A DNA stretch of 64,000 bases from Candidatus Iainarchaeum sp. (lineage in GTDB: Archaea > Nanobdellota > Nanobdellia > Pacearchaeales > GW2011-AR1). The DNA lies in the NCBI GenBank assembly GCA_043815085.1, contig JBDRJG010000001.1, positions 1,594-65,593 of the forward strand, read 5' to 3'. The notes below the pieces were generated by a model that saw nothing but the letters and a program-made list of their open reading frames with translations, did not search any database and was not told the origin of the DNA. Both the position numbers and the translations under genes were made by a program. Shown here piece by piece: positions 28,317 through 38,173 of this stretch (position 1 is the stretch's first letter; every line of letters starts with the position of its first letter).

Positions 28317-29104
28317 TGGAAAAAGAATTAGAAAAAAAAGGAATTGAAAAAGAAGAAGACGAGTACGCTGAAATTCCTGAAAAAGTCCTTGATGTTAAAG
28401 ATTTAAAAGAACTCGAACTTATGAATAAAAACAAAGCACCAGAGGAAAAGAAAGAAGGAGCAAGCGGATCCTGGATTCCTAAAACCCGTCTAGGAATTGA
28501 GGTTAAATCCGGAAAAATAAAAAATATTGATGAAATTCTAAAATTAAATAGAAAAATCCTTGAAGTTGAAATTGTGGATTATCTTCTAAACACTAAAACA
28601 GATTTACTTTCAATTGGACAATCAAAAGGAAAATTCGGAGGAGGGAAAAGAAGAGCGTGGAGACAAACTCAAAGAAAAAAGAAAGAGGGAAATGTTCCAA
28701 CATTTTCTGCAATGGCTGTTGCAGGCGATGAAAACGGACACATTGGAATAGGTTATGGAAAATCGATGGAGACTCTTCCTGCTCGAGATAAAGCGACACG
28801 AAAAGCAAAATTAAATATAATAAAAATAAAGAGAGCGTGTTCAGGATTTGACTGTGACTGCCAAGAATTACACACTGTTCCATTTAAGGTAACTGGAAAA
28901 GCCGGAAGTGTGAGAGTAACCCTCATACCTGCCTCTCAAGGAACAGGACTAGTTGTTGCAAATGAACTAAAAAAGATATTAAAACTTGCAGGAATTAAAG
29001 ATGTTTACAGTAAAACATCTGGAAAAGTGAGAACAACATTTAATTTAGCCAAGGCCTGCATGGGTGCTTTGGAGAAGACAACCTCAATGGAGAATAGAGA
29101 ATGA
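28316..29104 (+). CDS. rps5: 30S ribosomal protein S5
   Basis: WIPKTRLG, GDENGHIGIG, HTVPFKV, GTGLV. Confidence 0.97.
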   Translation: MEKELEKKGIEKEEDEYAEIPEKVLDVKDLKELELMNKNKAPEEKKEGASGSWIPKTRLGIEVKSGKIKNIDEILKLNRKILEVEIVDYLLNTKTDLLSIGQSKGKFGGGKRRAWRQTQRKKKEGNVPTFSAMAVAGDENGHIGIGYGKSMETLPARDKATRKAKLNIIKIKRACSGFDCDCQELHTVPFKVTGKAGSVRVTLIPASQGTGLVVANELKKILKLAGIKDVYSKTSGKVRTTFNLAKACMGALEKTTSMENRE

Positions 29105-29463
29105 TATGCATAATTAGAATAAAAGGGCAAGTTGGATTAAGAAGAGATATAGTTGAAACATTGAATCGACTTAGATTGAGAAGAAAATATTCTTGTATTG
29201 TTTTGGAAAAGCCAAATGAAATTCAATTGGGAATGATAAAAAAATTGAGAGATTTTATTGCTTATGGAGAAATTAGCAAAGATACATATAAAGAACTAAT
29301 AAAGAAAAGAGGGATTAAGGATAAAAATGGAAATCTAAAACCTTTTTTTAGACTACACCCCCCTAGAAAAGGAATTGAATCTAAAAAGCATTTCGGAGTT
29401 GGAAAAGGTGTTTTAGGAAATAATGGTGAAAAAATAAATGATTTAGTATTAAGGATGTTGTAA
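29101..29463 (+). CDS. rpl30: 50S ribosomal protein L30
   Basis: IIRIKG, FRLHPPRKG. Confidence 0.96.
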   Translation: MICIIRIKGQVGLRRDIVETLNRLRLRRKYSCIVLEKPNEIQLGMIKKLRDFIAYGEISKDTYKELIKKRGIKDKNGNLKPFFRLHPPRKGIESKKHFGVGKGVLGNNGEKINDLVLRML

Positions 29464-29464
29464 A

Positions 29465-29947
29465 ATGTCATTCAAAAAAACACATAAACGAAAAAAAGTA
29501 TCAAGAATGCATGGAAAGAGTATGGGAACCCATGGATGGGGGGCGAGAAAGAAACATAAAAAATCAGGACATAGAGGAGGGACCGGGATGGCTGGTTCTG
29601 GAAAAAGAGGAGATCAAAAAACCACACTTATTACAAAATTATATGGAAACACGTACTTTGGAAAACAAGGAATTACTTCCAGAAAAACTAAAAGAGATAC
29701 TCGACAGAGAATTAATCTTGAACAAATTGATAAAAACCTTGAAAAGTATGGAAAGAAAACTGCAAAAGGATGGGAAATCAATCTTGAAAAATATAAAATA
29801 TTAGGAAAAGGGGAAATAAAAAATAAATTATTCATAAAATCTTCAGATGCCTCCAAGTCTGCATTAAAGAAAGTGAAGAAGGCTGGAGGAGAAATCATTC
29901 TTCCCAATAAAAAACAGAAAAAAGAAGAAAATTCTGAAGAGAAATAA
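29465..29947 (+). CDS. rpl15: 50S ribosomal protein L15
   Basis: THGWG, GHRGGTGMAG, KILGKG. Confidence 0.96.
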   Translation: MSFKKTHKRKKVSRMHGKSMGTHGWGARKKHKKSGHRGGTGMAGSGKRGDQKTTLITKLYGNTYFGKQGITSRKTKRDTRQRINLEQIDKNLEKYGKKTAKGWEINLEKYKILGKGEIKNKLFIKSSDASKSALKKVKKAGGEIILPNKKQKKEENSEEK

Positions 29948-30002
29948 ATCTGGATTATTGAAAAATCCCAATCTTTAAAAACTGATTTTTATTTAATAAA
30001 AA

Positions 30003-31394
30003 ATGGATTTAAGAAAGATTTTTAACTATATTCCAGAAGTTAAAAAGCCAGAGGAAAAAAAACTTGCATTTAATGTAAAACTCAAATGGACATTAATAGT
30101 TCTTGTCGCTTTTTTCATTCTTGCAAATATTTCTTTGTTCGGAATGTCAAATAATGCCCTTGAAAGATTCAAATATTTGGCAATTATACTTGGAACAGAT
30201 TTTGGTTCGATAATTTCATTGGGTATTGGCCCAATTGTTATGGCTTCTATTATCCTACAATTATTAACTGGTGCAGGAATATTAAATATAGACATCACAA
30301 CTACAGAAGGTAAAAAATTCTTTCAGGGAGTCCAAAAACTTCTTGTCTTCTTTTTCATAATATTTGAATCATGCGTTTATGTATTAATGAAAGGGCTCGA
30401 AGCAATGCCGGGATTTACAGGAATAGTTATCTTTCAACTGATGCTCGGTGGACTTGCAATATTTTACATGAATGAACTTTGTGAAAAATGGGGCTTTGGC
30501 TCTGGTGTTAGTTTGTTTATCGCGGCTGGAGTTTCATGGCATTTATTCTCTGGAGCATTTCAATTTGTAAATCAGCAAGGAGGAAATTGTTTGCTTGATT
30601 TCAAAGGAACTCCTTGTTCAGGAAGGGTTTTAGTTCTGATACAATCTCTGATAAACAAATATCCAGTAGAATTCACGTCTGCTCTTGCAGCCATAATTGC
30701 CACAGTTATAATTTTCCTAATTGTTGTTTGGGCTCAATCATTAAAAGTTGAAATTCCATTATCATTCGGGAGAATAAGAGGGTATGCTATAAAATGGCCT
30801 TTGGCATTTTTCTATGCTTCTGTTATTCCAGTAATTTTAACAGCTGCTTTGGTTGCAAACATACAATTATTTGGGGGATTGCTTGAAAACTGGGCAGGAC
30901 ATCCAACTTTCTTAGGACACTTTGTAAACGGACGCGCAGCCTCTGGTTTTGCTTTCTGGCTAGGAGATACAAATCTTCTTGAGTTAATTATAAGGGGAGG
31001 ATTTTTGCCAAGATTCTTATTACAAGGATTAACGCACATCCTTTTCTATATTGGACTTTGTACAATGTTCTCTGTATTCTGGGTTAAGACTTCTGGGATG
31101 GATTCAAAAGCACAAGCTCAAAAGATTGCTTCTTCAGGATTGCAAGTTTCTGGATTCAGACAAGACATAAGAATTTTAGAGAGCATTTTAGACAGATACA
31201 TCATGCCTCTTACAGTTATGGGGGGTGCTGCAATTGGACTTCTCGCTGCAACAACAGACCTGCTCGGTGCATTAGCATCTGGAACTGCAATACTTCTAGT
31301 TATTATGATTATGTTCCAATTTTACCAGAACATTGCACAGCAACACATGACAGACATGAATCCTACTATGCGTAAATTCATGGGCACGGGATAA
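30003..31394 (+). CDS. secY: Preprotein translocase SecY
   Basis: LGIGPIVMASIILQLL, GFGSGVSLFI, multi-TM. Confidence 0.98.
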   Translation: MDLRKIFNYIPEVKKPEEKKLAFNVKLKWTLIVLVAFFILANISLFGMSNNALERFKYLAIILGTDFGSIISLGIGPIVMASIILQLLTGAGILNIDITTTEGKKFFQGVQKLLVFFFIIFESCVYVLMKGLEAMPGFTGIVIFQLMLGGLAIFYMNELCEKWGFGSGVSLFIAAGVSWHLFSGAFQFVNQQGGNCLLDFKGTPCSGRVLVLIQSLINKYPVEFTSALAAIIATVIIFLIVVWAQSLKVEIPLSFGRIRGYAIKWPLAFFYASVIPVILTAALVANIQLFGGLLENWAGHPTFLGHFVNGRAASGFAFWLGDTNLLELIIRGGFLPRFLLQGLTHILFYIGLCTMFSVFWVKTSGMDSKAQAQKIASSGLQVSGFRQDIRILESILDRYIMPLTVMGGAAIGLLAATTDLLGALASGTAILLVIMIMFQFYQNIAQQHMTDMNPTMRKFMGTG

Positions 31395-31423
31395 GTAAGT
31401 TTAAAAGAGACTTTTGATATTTA

Positions 31424-32041
31424 ATGAATATGACAGAAGAAAACATTTTACCTGAAAATAAAGAGGGGGGATCTTCAGTTCCTCTTGTGGCTCAAAACAA
31501 CAAATCTGCAAAGGAAGGAAGTTTTATGCCTTTAATTCTTATAATGATTGCATCCATGCTAATTGCTTTCTATTGGGATAAACTTCCCTGGATTAGCAAC
31601 TCCATTCACACTATATTTGACCCAAGCGCAGGTGCATTAATAGATTGGAACCTAAATTTAGGAATGATTCTCATTGTATTTGTAATAACACTTCTTACTA
31701 CATTAGTTCAGAAATATGCAACAGATCAAAAGACACTAAAGGAATTAAAAACAGAACAGAAGGAAATCCAAAAACAAATGAAGGAATTTAAAAATCATCC
31801 TGAAAAGGTAATGGAATTGCAAAAAAAACAATTTGCAATGATGCCAAAACAAATGAAGTTAAGCATGAGGGCTATAGCTTATACTGGGATTCCATTTATT
31901 TTGTTCTTTAGATGGTTTAATGATTATTTTATTGCTGCAGGAAATCCAAAATTCTTTGGTTTTCTTGGTTGGTTTTGGTTTTACTTTCTTTTTGCCATAA
32001 TTTTTGGTTCTATTCTTAGAAAGTATTTAGATGTTGTTTAG
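31424..32041 (+). CDS. DUF106 / EMC3-Oxa1 superfamily membrane protein
   Basis: TM - coiled coil - TM, GWFWFY; downstream of secY. Confidence 0.88.
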   Translation: MNMTEENILPENKEGGSSVPLVAQNNKSAKEGSFMPLILIMIASMLIAFYWDKLPWISNSIHTIFDPSAGALIDWNLNLGMILIVFVITLLTTLVQKYATDQKTLKELKTEQKEIQKQMKEFKNHPEKVMELQKKQFAMMPKQMKLSMRAIAYTGIPFILFFRWFNDYFIAAGNPKFFGFLGWFWFYFLFAIIFGSILRKYLDVV

Positions 32042-32075
32042 GAAGATTTAAAAGTAATTTATTTTTGTTTTTAGA

Positions 32076-32546
32076 ATGGAAATCAACGAACAAGAATTAA
32101 TGCTTAAATTTCAAATGTTTGAGCAGCAAATTCGTGCAATTCAACAGCAACTACAGGCAGTTGAAGAAGCAATTTTAGATGTAAGCAATCTTAATTTAGG
32201 ACTTGATGATTTAGTTGGAAAAAGAGATTCTGAGATTTTTGCACCAATTGGAAGAGGAATCTATGCTAAAGCTAAACTTCTTTCTGAAGAGCTATTAGTG
32301 GATATTGGGAACAAAAATTTTGTTAAAAAATCAATTCCCGAGACAAAAGAGATTATACAAAATCAAATCAAAAAATTAGAAAAATTAAAAGAGGAATTAA
32401 ACTGCGGTTTAGAGAATATTAATGAAGAATTAACAAGAACTTTTGAAGAAAGTCAAAAAAAGCATAGTTCTTCTGAATGTGATTGTGGAGAAAACTGCGA
32501 ATGCTCTGAACAGGATGAGAATTGTGAATGTAAAAAGGAAAATTAA
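32076..32546 (+). CDS. pfdA: Prefoldin alpha subunit with Cys-rich tail
   Basis: Coiled coils, APIGRGIY, VDIGNKNFVKK. Confidence 0.93.
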   Translation: MEINEQELMLKFQMFEQQIRAIQQQLQAVEEAILDVSNLNLGLDDLVGKRDSEIFAPIGRGIYAKAKLLSEELLVDIGNKNFVKKSIPETKEIIQNQIKKLEKLKEELNCGLENINEELTRTFEESQKKHSSSECDCGENCECSEQDENCECKKEN

Positions 32547-32548
32547 CA

Positions 32549-33355
32549 TTAAATCATTCTTCTAACAAACTTGTCATATTTCATCAAACCAAACTCAGTT
32601 ATTATTCCAGAAATATATTTTTTATTCACAAATTCAAATGCAGGATTTTTTAATTTGACATTTTTAGGTGCTTTATCCCAAACTTCATTCAAATTCCTTT
32701 GCTCAAGAGGAATTTTATTCTTTGAAAACTTCCAGGAATCAGCAACTATATAAACCGGAATTTTATTCTCCCTAGCTATTTTTGCAATTAACTCACTTCC
32801 AATTTTATTTATTGCTCCATTTTTTAGTAATGCATCTGCTCCAAGAAAGACCTTATTTACTTTTTTCATTCCTTGTTTTTTTGAAAGAGCATCATCAAGG
32901 GCAGAATCAACAAACATTGTTACTTTTATTTTTGATTTTGCCAATTCTTTTGCTGTTTTTCTTCCTTGAAATAATGGGCGGGTTTCTGTATTATAAACTT
33001 CAAATTTCTTTCCTTTTTTCTTCGCATAAATCAGAGCATTAACAACATTTGTTGAATGGCAATGTGTAAATATTATATCCTTTTTTTTAATTAATTTATA
33101 AACAGCTTCGTTAATTTTACCCTGGGTGGAATTAAAATGATTTAAAATTTCATTATATTTCTTTTTTTCAGCTAAATTCAAAACATAAATCATCATCGGT
33201 TCTGTGGGTCTTGAATGCAAAATTCTATTCTTTGAAAATTTTGTTGGAAAAAGAGCATAGGCTTTTAGTGCTGCTCTGGCGATATTTACAGCTCCTTGAA
33301 TTCTAACAGATTTTATATCTCTCAAAATTTTTTCAAATTCTTTTTTCTTGTTCAT
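32549..33355 (-). CDS. Ribose-1,5-bisphosphate isomerase / eIF2B-like protein
   Basis: IQGA, RPTEP, THCHS, ETRPLFQG, GADA, NKIGS, NPAFE. Confidence 0.9.
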   Translation of the reverse strand: MNKKKEFEKILRDIKSVRIQGAVNIARAALKAYALFPTKFSKNRILHSRPTEPMMIYVLNLAEKKKYNEILNHFNSTQGKINEAVYKLIKKKDIIFTHCHSTNVVNALIYAKKKGKKFEVYNTETRPLFQGRKTAKELAKSKIKVTMFVDSALDDALSKKQGMKKVNKVFLGADALLKNGAINKIGSELIAKIARENKIPVYIVADSWKFSKNKIPLEQRNLNEVWDKAPKNVKLKNPAFEFVNKKYISGIITEFGLMKYDKFVRRMI

Positions 33356-33405
33356 ATATTAAATAATTCCCTAACATTTAAAAATTCTCTTTTTTTAAGT
33401 AAAGA

Positions 33406-34257
33406 ATGCTAGAATCCCTTATTGATCCAAGAAAGAGTGAAAAAGGCCCATGGAAAATGTTCTTCGTCGGGCTCATTTATGCTTCACTTTCCCTTTTACT
33501 TGTTCACTGGTTTTTTAAAAATGATCCGGCATTATCAAAAGCTTCTGGAATAATGGTTGTTCTTTTCTGCATTATGTTCAGTTTGCCTTTCATGTATTTT
33601 ATAATTAAAAGAGAAGAGCAAGAAGATGAAGAAATAGAAGGTGCTTTTAGTGTTTGGAAGGCCCATAAAGATGCGATATTTGCTCTTATGTGGTTATTCT
33701 TTGGGTTTATAGTTGCTTTTTCTTTTTGGCACATTGTTCTTCAAGATGCCAATTTACTGAATTTTCAGATTCAAAGTTATTGCCAAATAAATAGCCCCGG
33801 AAATGTAGAAAATTGCGTTTTAGAATACTCTTCTGGAAATCCAACCGGAGCTATGACAAAAGAAATGAGACTCCTATCAATAATAGAAAATAATGCCTAT
33901 GTGATGATTTTTACTTTAATCTTTTCATTAATCTTTGGGGCAGGAGCAATTTTCATATTAGTATGGAATGCAAGCGTTATATCTGCTGCGATAGGAATCT
34001 TCACGAGGTATAATATAAGTGAAATTCCTTTGGGAATTGCGAGATACATGATACATGGATTTCCAGAGATTGCAGCCTATTTTATAACTGCTCTTGCTGG
34101 AGGAATTTTTGGGGTAGGGGCAATAAGACACGGTTTCAAAGACAGAAGGTTCTTGAGAGTTATTGAAAACACCGTAATATTACTCTTTATTGCACTGATT
34201 ATTTTAATCTTTGCTGCACTGATTGAAGTCTATTTTACCCCCTTGCTATTTAAATAA
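33406..34257 (+). CDS. SpoIIM/DUF95 family membrane protein
   Basis: IENN, WNAS, HGFPEI, ALIEVY. Confidence 0.85.
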   Translation: MLESLIDPRKSEKGPWKMFFVGLIYASLSLLLVHWFFKNDPALSKASGIMVVLFCIMFSLPFMYFIIKREEQEDEEIEGAFSVWKAHKDAIFALMWLFFGFIVAFSFWHIVLQDANLLNFQIQSYCQINSPGNVENCVLEYSSGNPTGAMTKEMRLLSIIENNAYVMIFTLIFSLIFGAGAIFILVWNASVISAAIGIFTRYNISEIPLGIARYMIHGFPEIAAYFITALAGGIFGVGAIRHGFKDRRFLRVIENTVILLFIALIILIFAALIEVYFTPLLFK

Positions 34258-34292
34258 TTAAATTTAAAACCTTTAATATTCATTAAGATAGA

Positions 34293-35285
34293 ATGGAACC
34301 GCTGTTAATACTCACAATATTTGTTAGTTTTTTCTGTTGTTTTCTTCTAATGCCCTTTTGGATAAGAAAAGCGAAACAAATAGGGCTGGTTTGGGAAGAC
34401 ATGAACAAATTAAATCCTAAAAAGAATGTCGCCGGTTCTGGAGGAATAATTGTTGTATTGAGTACAATGATTGGAATTTTCTTGTACATTGCAATACAAA
34501 CATTTTATTTTAAATCTTCAGATGGAATCTCTATAAGTATTTTTGCTATTCTCAGTTCTATGTTCCTTATAACCGGGGTGGGTTTAATGGACGATTTATT
34601 TGGTTGGAAAAAAGGCGGACTTTCAAAGCGTTCAAGAATTATTCTAATATTGTTATCTGCTGTCCCTTTAATGGTAATTAACGCGGGAGAATCAACAATG
34701 GCTGGAATAAATTTTGGTATACTTTACCCCTTGCTTATTATTCCATTTGGAGTTTTAGGTGCAACAACAACATTTAACTTTTTGGCAGGTTTTAATGGAC
34801 TTGAAGCAAGTCAAGGAATAATTCTATTATCAGCTATGGCAATTCTAACTTCTTTAACAGGGAATCCCTGGCTGAGTGTCGTTGCTTTGTGCATGGTTGC
34901 CTCTCTTATTGCATTTTATATATTCAATAAAAATCCTGCAAAAGTTTTTCCAGGAGATGTCTTAACATATTCTGTAGGAATGATGATTGCAGCCCTTGCA
35001 ATTGTTGGAAATGTGGAGAAAATAGCAGTATTTTTCTTTTTCCCCTATTTGCTTGAGATAATTCTGAAACTTAGGGGAAATCTAAAAAAACAAAGTTTTG
35101 GAAAACCAAACAAAGAGGGGAGCCTTGACATGCCCTATGAGAAGATTTATGGATTGGAACATTTAGCAATATACATTTTAAAGAAAATAAAGCCTAGCAA
35201 AAAAGCCTATGAAAATGAAGTAGTTTTACTAATAAATGGATTTCAAGTTTTGATAATAATCTTAGGATTTTTGTTGTTTCTCTAA
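34293..35285 (+). CDS. UDP-GlcNAc:dolichyl-P GlcNAc-1-P transferase (AglH/MraY-like)
   Basis: DMNK, GLMDD, NFLAGFNGLE, PAKVFPGD. Confidence 0.92.
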   Translation: MEPLLILTIFVSFFCCFLLMPFWIRKAKQIGLVWEDMNKLNPKKNVAGSGGIIVVLSTMIGIFLYIAIQTFYFKSSDGISISIFAILSSMFLITGVGLMDDLFGWKKGGLSKRSRIILILLSAVPLMVINAGESTMAGINFGILYPLLIIPFGVLGATTTFNFLAGFNGLEASQGIILLSAMAILTSLTGNPWLSVVALCMVASLIAFYIFNKNPAKVFPGDVLTYSVGMMIAALAIVGNVEKIAVFFFFPYLLEIILKLRGNLKKQSFGKPNKEGSLDMPYEKIYGLEHLAIYILKKIKPSKKAYENEVVLLINGFQVLIIILGFLLFL

Positions 35286-35326
35286 AAATTAAAAAGGTTT
35301 TAAAATGAAGATTTCATATAGTTTTT

Positions 35327-38173
35327 ATGGAAAAGGATGAAGGAATAAAAAAATATTTTTTAAAAAATAATTATAATCTTGTTTTTTCAATTTTGGCTTT
35401 TATTGCTATGTTGTTTTTTATAGCCAGTGTTTCAAAAATAGATCTTAAAATTGGAATATTAACCCAAACAGTTGGATTATTTTCTTCAAGTATGTGGTTT
35501 TTACTTTTATTATCTTTAGTAATTTCTTCTGCTCTTTCTTATTTTGAAAAATACAAATGGATAGCTCTTCCTGTTTTTATCTGGCTCTTAATCTTCACGG
35601 CCCAGTTTAGGACTGCTAATATCTCTCAATTAATTGATATTACAACAGGAAATTATACTCTTGGCCCAGATTTGGATCCTTTCCTGTATCTAAGACTTGC
35701 TGAAGACATAAATCAGGGGATTGTTCCAAGTGTAGATTGCATGAGATATGCTCCAATCTGCTCAAATAATTATGCAAAACAAAGTTTAATGCCTTGGGTA
35801 ATTGTTGGATTTTATAAAATAATATCTCTTTTTAAAGAAGCAACTCTTACATATGCTGCGATTATAACTCCAGTAATCTTATTTCTAATTTCCCTCATAG
35901 GATTTTTCCTCTTTGTGAAAACAATTTTCTCTTTCAAAACAGACAAAATAAAATCCTCTGTAATTGCGTTGATTGCAAGCTTTTTCTATGCGGTCTCTCC
36001 TGCAATGCTGCATAGAACAACAGGGGGAATTCCAGAAATAGAAAGTTTGGGCATGGCTTTCTTTTGGTTTGCAATGTTGTTCTTCAGTTTAGCTTGGAAA
36101 AGTGAAAAAAAGAATAAATGGATAATCTTTGGAATAATTGCAGCATTATTCACAGAATTAATGTCTTTTTCCTGGGGGGGATATAGGTACCTCTATCTGA
36201 TATTCTCTCTGACGGCCTTTGTAATATTTTTCTTAGAAAAAGATATTAAAAAAAATATTATCATATTTTCTTCGTGGTTTATACCTGCAGTAATAATTGA
36301 AATTATAAAATCCAAGGGCATCCAAGGAGTAATAATGAGTATTTCTGGTACAGGAGCTGCTGTAATAATCTTCTTATTATTATTCTTACAAGCTATATTT
36401 ATAAAATTCAAATTAGGAAATAGGTTTAAAAAAATAAATATTCCAAACAACTTAAAAATATTGATTTTAGCAATTATCCTTGGAATAGTGGGTTTATTGG
36501 TTATAAATCCCAAATTACTAATAGATCTCCCTTCCACAATAATTAGGGGACTTTTATCTCCTTTTGGAAGTGCAAGAGTAAGTTTAACTGTTGCTGAGAA
36601 TAGTTCTCCCTATTTTCCTGCAGTAATCTCTCAATTTGGATATATTCTCTGGGCATTTTTAATTTCAACTGTTATTCTATTCTACGAATCAGTAAAACAC
36701 TTTGAGAAAAAAGATAAAGTAAAATTAATTTCATCTTTCATTATTTTTATTTCCTGTATTTCTTTTACAAGAATCTCTTCAACTAGCATGTTAAATGGTG
36801 AAAATGCAATTTCCAAATTTATATTTTTTGCAGGATTTATAATCTTTGCATTAACTATTCTAAATGTGTATGTAAAATCTTATAAAAAGGGGGAAGATTT
36901 AGAAGTATTCAAGAAAATAGATTTTTCTTACATTTTACTCTTAACATTTTCTTTTTGGGCAATAATCTCAATGAGGGGGGCTGTAAGATTATTCTTTATA
37001 GTTTCTCCAATGATAATTCTTGTGGCTTCTGTGCTTCCAGTAAGGTTATACGAAATAAGAAAAAGGTCAAGAGATGATTTACTTAAACTAATTATAATTA
37101 TATTATTAGTTATAGTGACTTTAATCTTCCTCTACACTTTTATTCAATATACTTCTTCTGTGGTATATGAAGCAAAATCAACTGTTCCTGGCATCTACGA
37201 ACAGCAATGGCAAAATGCAATGTCTTGGGTAAGAGAAAATACTGCAATTGGTTCTATTTTTGTTCATTGGTGGGATTATGGATATTGGGTTCAAACAATC
37301 GGAGAAAGACCAACTGTAACAGACGGGGGGCATTTCACTGCTTATTGGGACCACCTAATAGGAAGGTACTTGCTGACAACTCCTTCTCCTGAAACAGCAT
37401 TGAGTTTTATGAAAGCTCACAATGTTTCATATTTGCTTATTGATTCTACAGATTTAGGAAAGTATACTGCATATAGCAGCATAGGAAATGATGAATCAGG
37501 AGGGGATAGATATTCTTGGCTGCCTATAATGCAATCAAGCCCTTCACAAATACAAGAAACACAAAATGGAACAATAAAAATATATTCTGGAGGATTTGGA
37601 CTTGATGAAGATATTATATATGAAAAAGATGGAAAAGAAAATTTATTGTCAAAATCAAAAACAGGTTTGGGGGGGGTAGTTCTAGAATATGTGGGCAATT
37701 CAATAAACCAACCAGAAGGAGTTTTTATACAAAATGGAAATCAAATAAGACTTCCATTAAGATATGCCTATTATAATAAAAATCTTTATGATTTTAAAGA
37801 AGGAATTGAAGCAACAGTAATGATACTTCCTTCCATGACAAATGATGCAACTTCAGGAGTAAAGATTGATTATACAGGAGCAATGATTTATTTATCTAAT
37901 AAAACTAGAAACGGTTTATTTGCACAACTATATCTTATGGATGATTCTCTAAAACAATATCCAACTGTAAAAATTTCACATGTTGAACAGGATGTTATAA
38001 TCGATTATCTTAATGCTCAAGGAGCAAATCTAGAGTTTGTATATTACGGGGGATTTAGAGGGCCTATTAAAATATGGGAAGTGAATTATCCTGAGAACAT
38101 AATTGCAAAAGAGGAATTTCTAAGAATGTCTGGAAAATACGCTGAATTTGATAACCTCACTTTTGTAAAATGA
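35327..38173 (+). CDS. aglB: Oligosaccharyltransferase AglB (STT3 family)
   Basis: WWDYG motif, TVAE, DLGK, many TMs. Confidence 0.96.
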   Translation: MEKDEGIKKYFLKNNYNLVFSILAFIAMLFFIASVSKIDLKIGILTQTVGLFSSSMWFLLLLSLVISSALSYFEKYKWIALPVFIWLLIFTAQFRTANISQLIDITTGNYTLGPDLDPFLYLRLAEDINQGIVPSVDCMRYAPICSNNYAKQSLMPWVIVGFYKIISLFKEATLTYAAIITPVILFLISLIGFFLFVKTIFSFKTDKIKSSVIALIASFFYAVSPAMLHRTTGGIPEIESLGMAFFWFAMLFFSLAWKSEKKNKWIIFGIIAALFTELMSFSWGGYRYLYLIFSLTAFVIFFLEKDIKKNIIIFSSWFIPAVIIEIIKSKGIQGVIMSISGTGAAVIIFLLLFLQAIFIKFKLGNRFKKINIPNNLKILILAIILGIVGLLVINPKLLIDLPSTIIRGLLSPFGSARVSLTVAENSSPYFPAVISQFGYILWAFLISTVILFYESVKHFEKKDKVKLISSFIIFISCISFTRISSTSMLNGENAISKFIFFAGFIIFALTILNVYVKSYKKGEDLEVFKKIDFSYILLLTFSFWAIISMRGAVRLFFIVSPMIILVASVLPVRLYEIRKRSRDDLLKLIIIILLVIVTLIFLYTFIQYTSSVVYEAKSTVPGIYEQQWQNAMSWVRENTAIGSIFVHWWDYGYWVQTIGERPTVTDGGHFTAYWDHLIGRYLLTTPSPETALSFMKAHNVSYLLIDSTDLGKYTAYSSIGNDESGGDRYSWLPIMQSSPSQIQETQNGTIKIYSGGFGLDEDIIYEKDGKENLLSKSKTGLGGVVLEYVGNSINQPEGVFIQNGNQIRLPLRYAYYNKNLYDFKEGIEATVMILPSMTNDATSGVKIDYTGAMIYLSNKTRNGLFAQLYLMDDSLKQYPTVKISHVEQDVIIDYLNAQGANLEFVYYGGFRGPIKIWEVNYPENIIAKEEFLRMSGKYAEFDNLTFVK

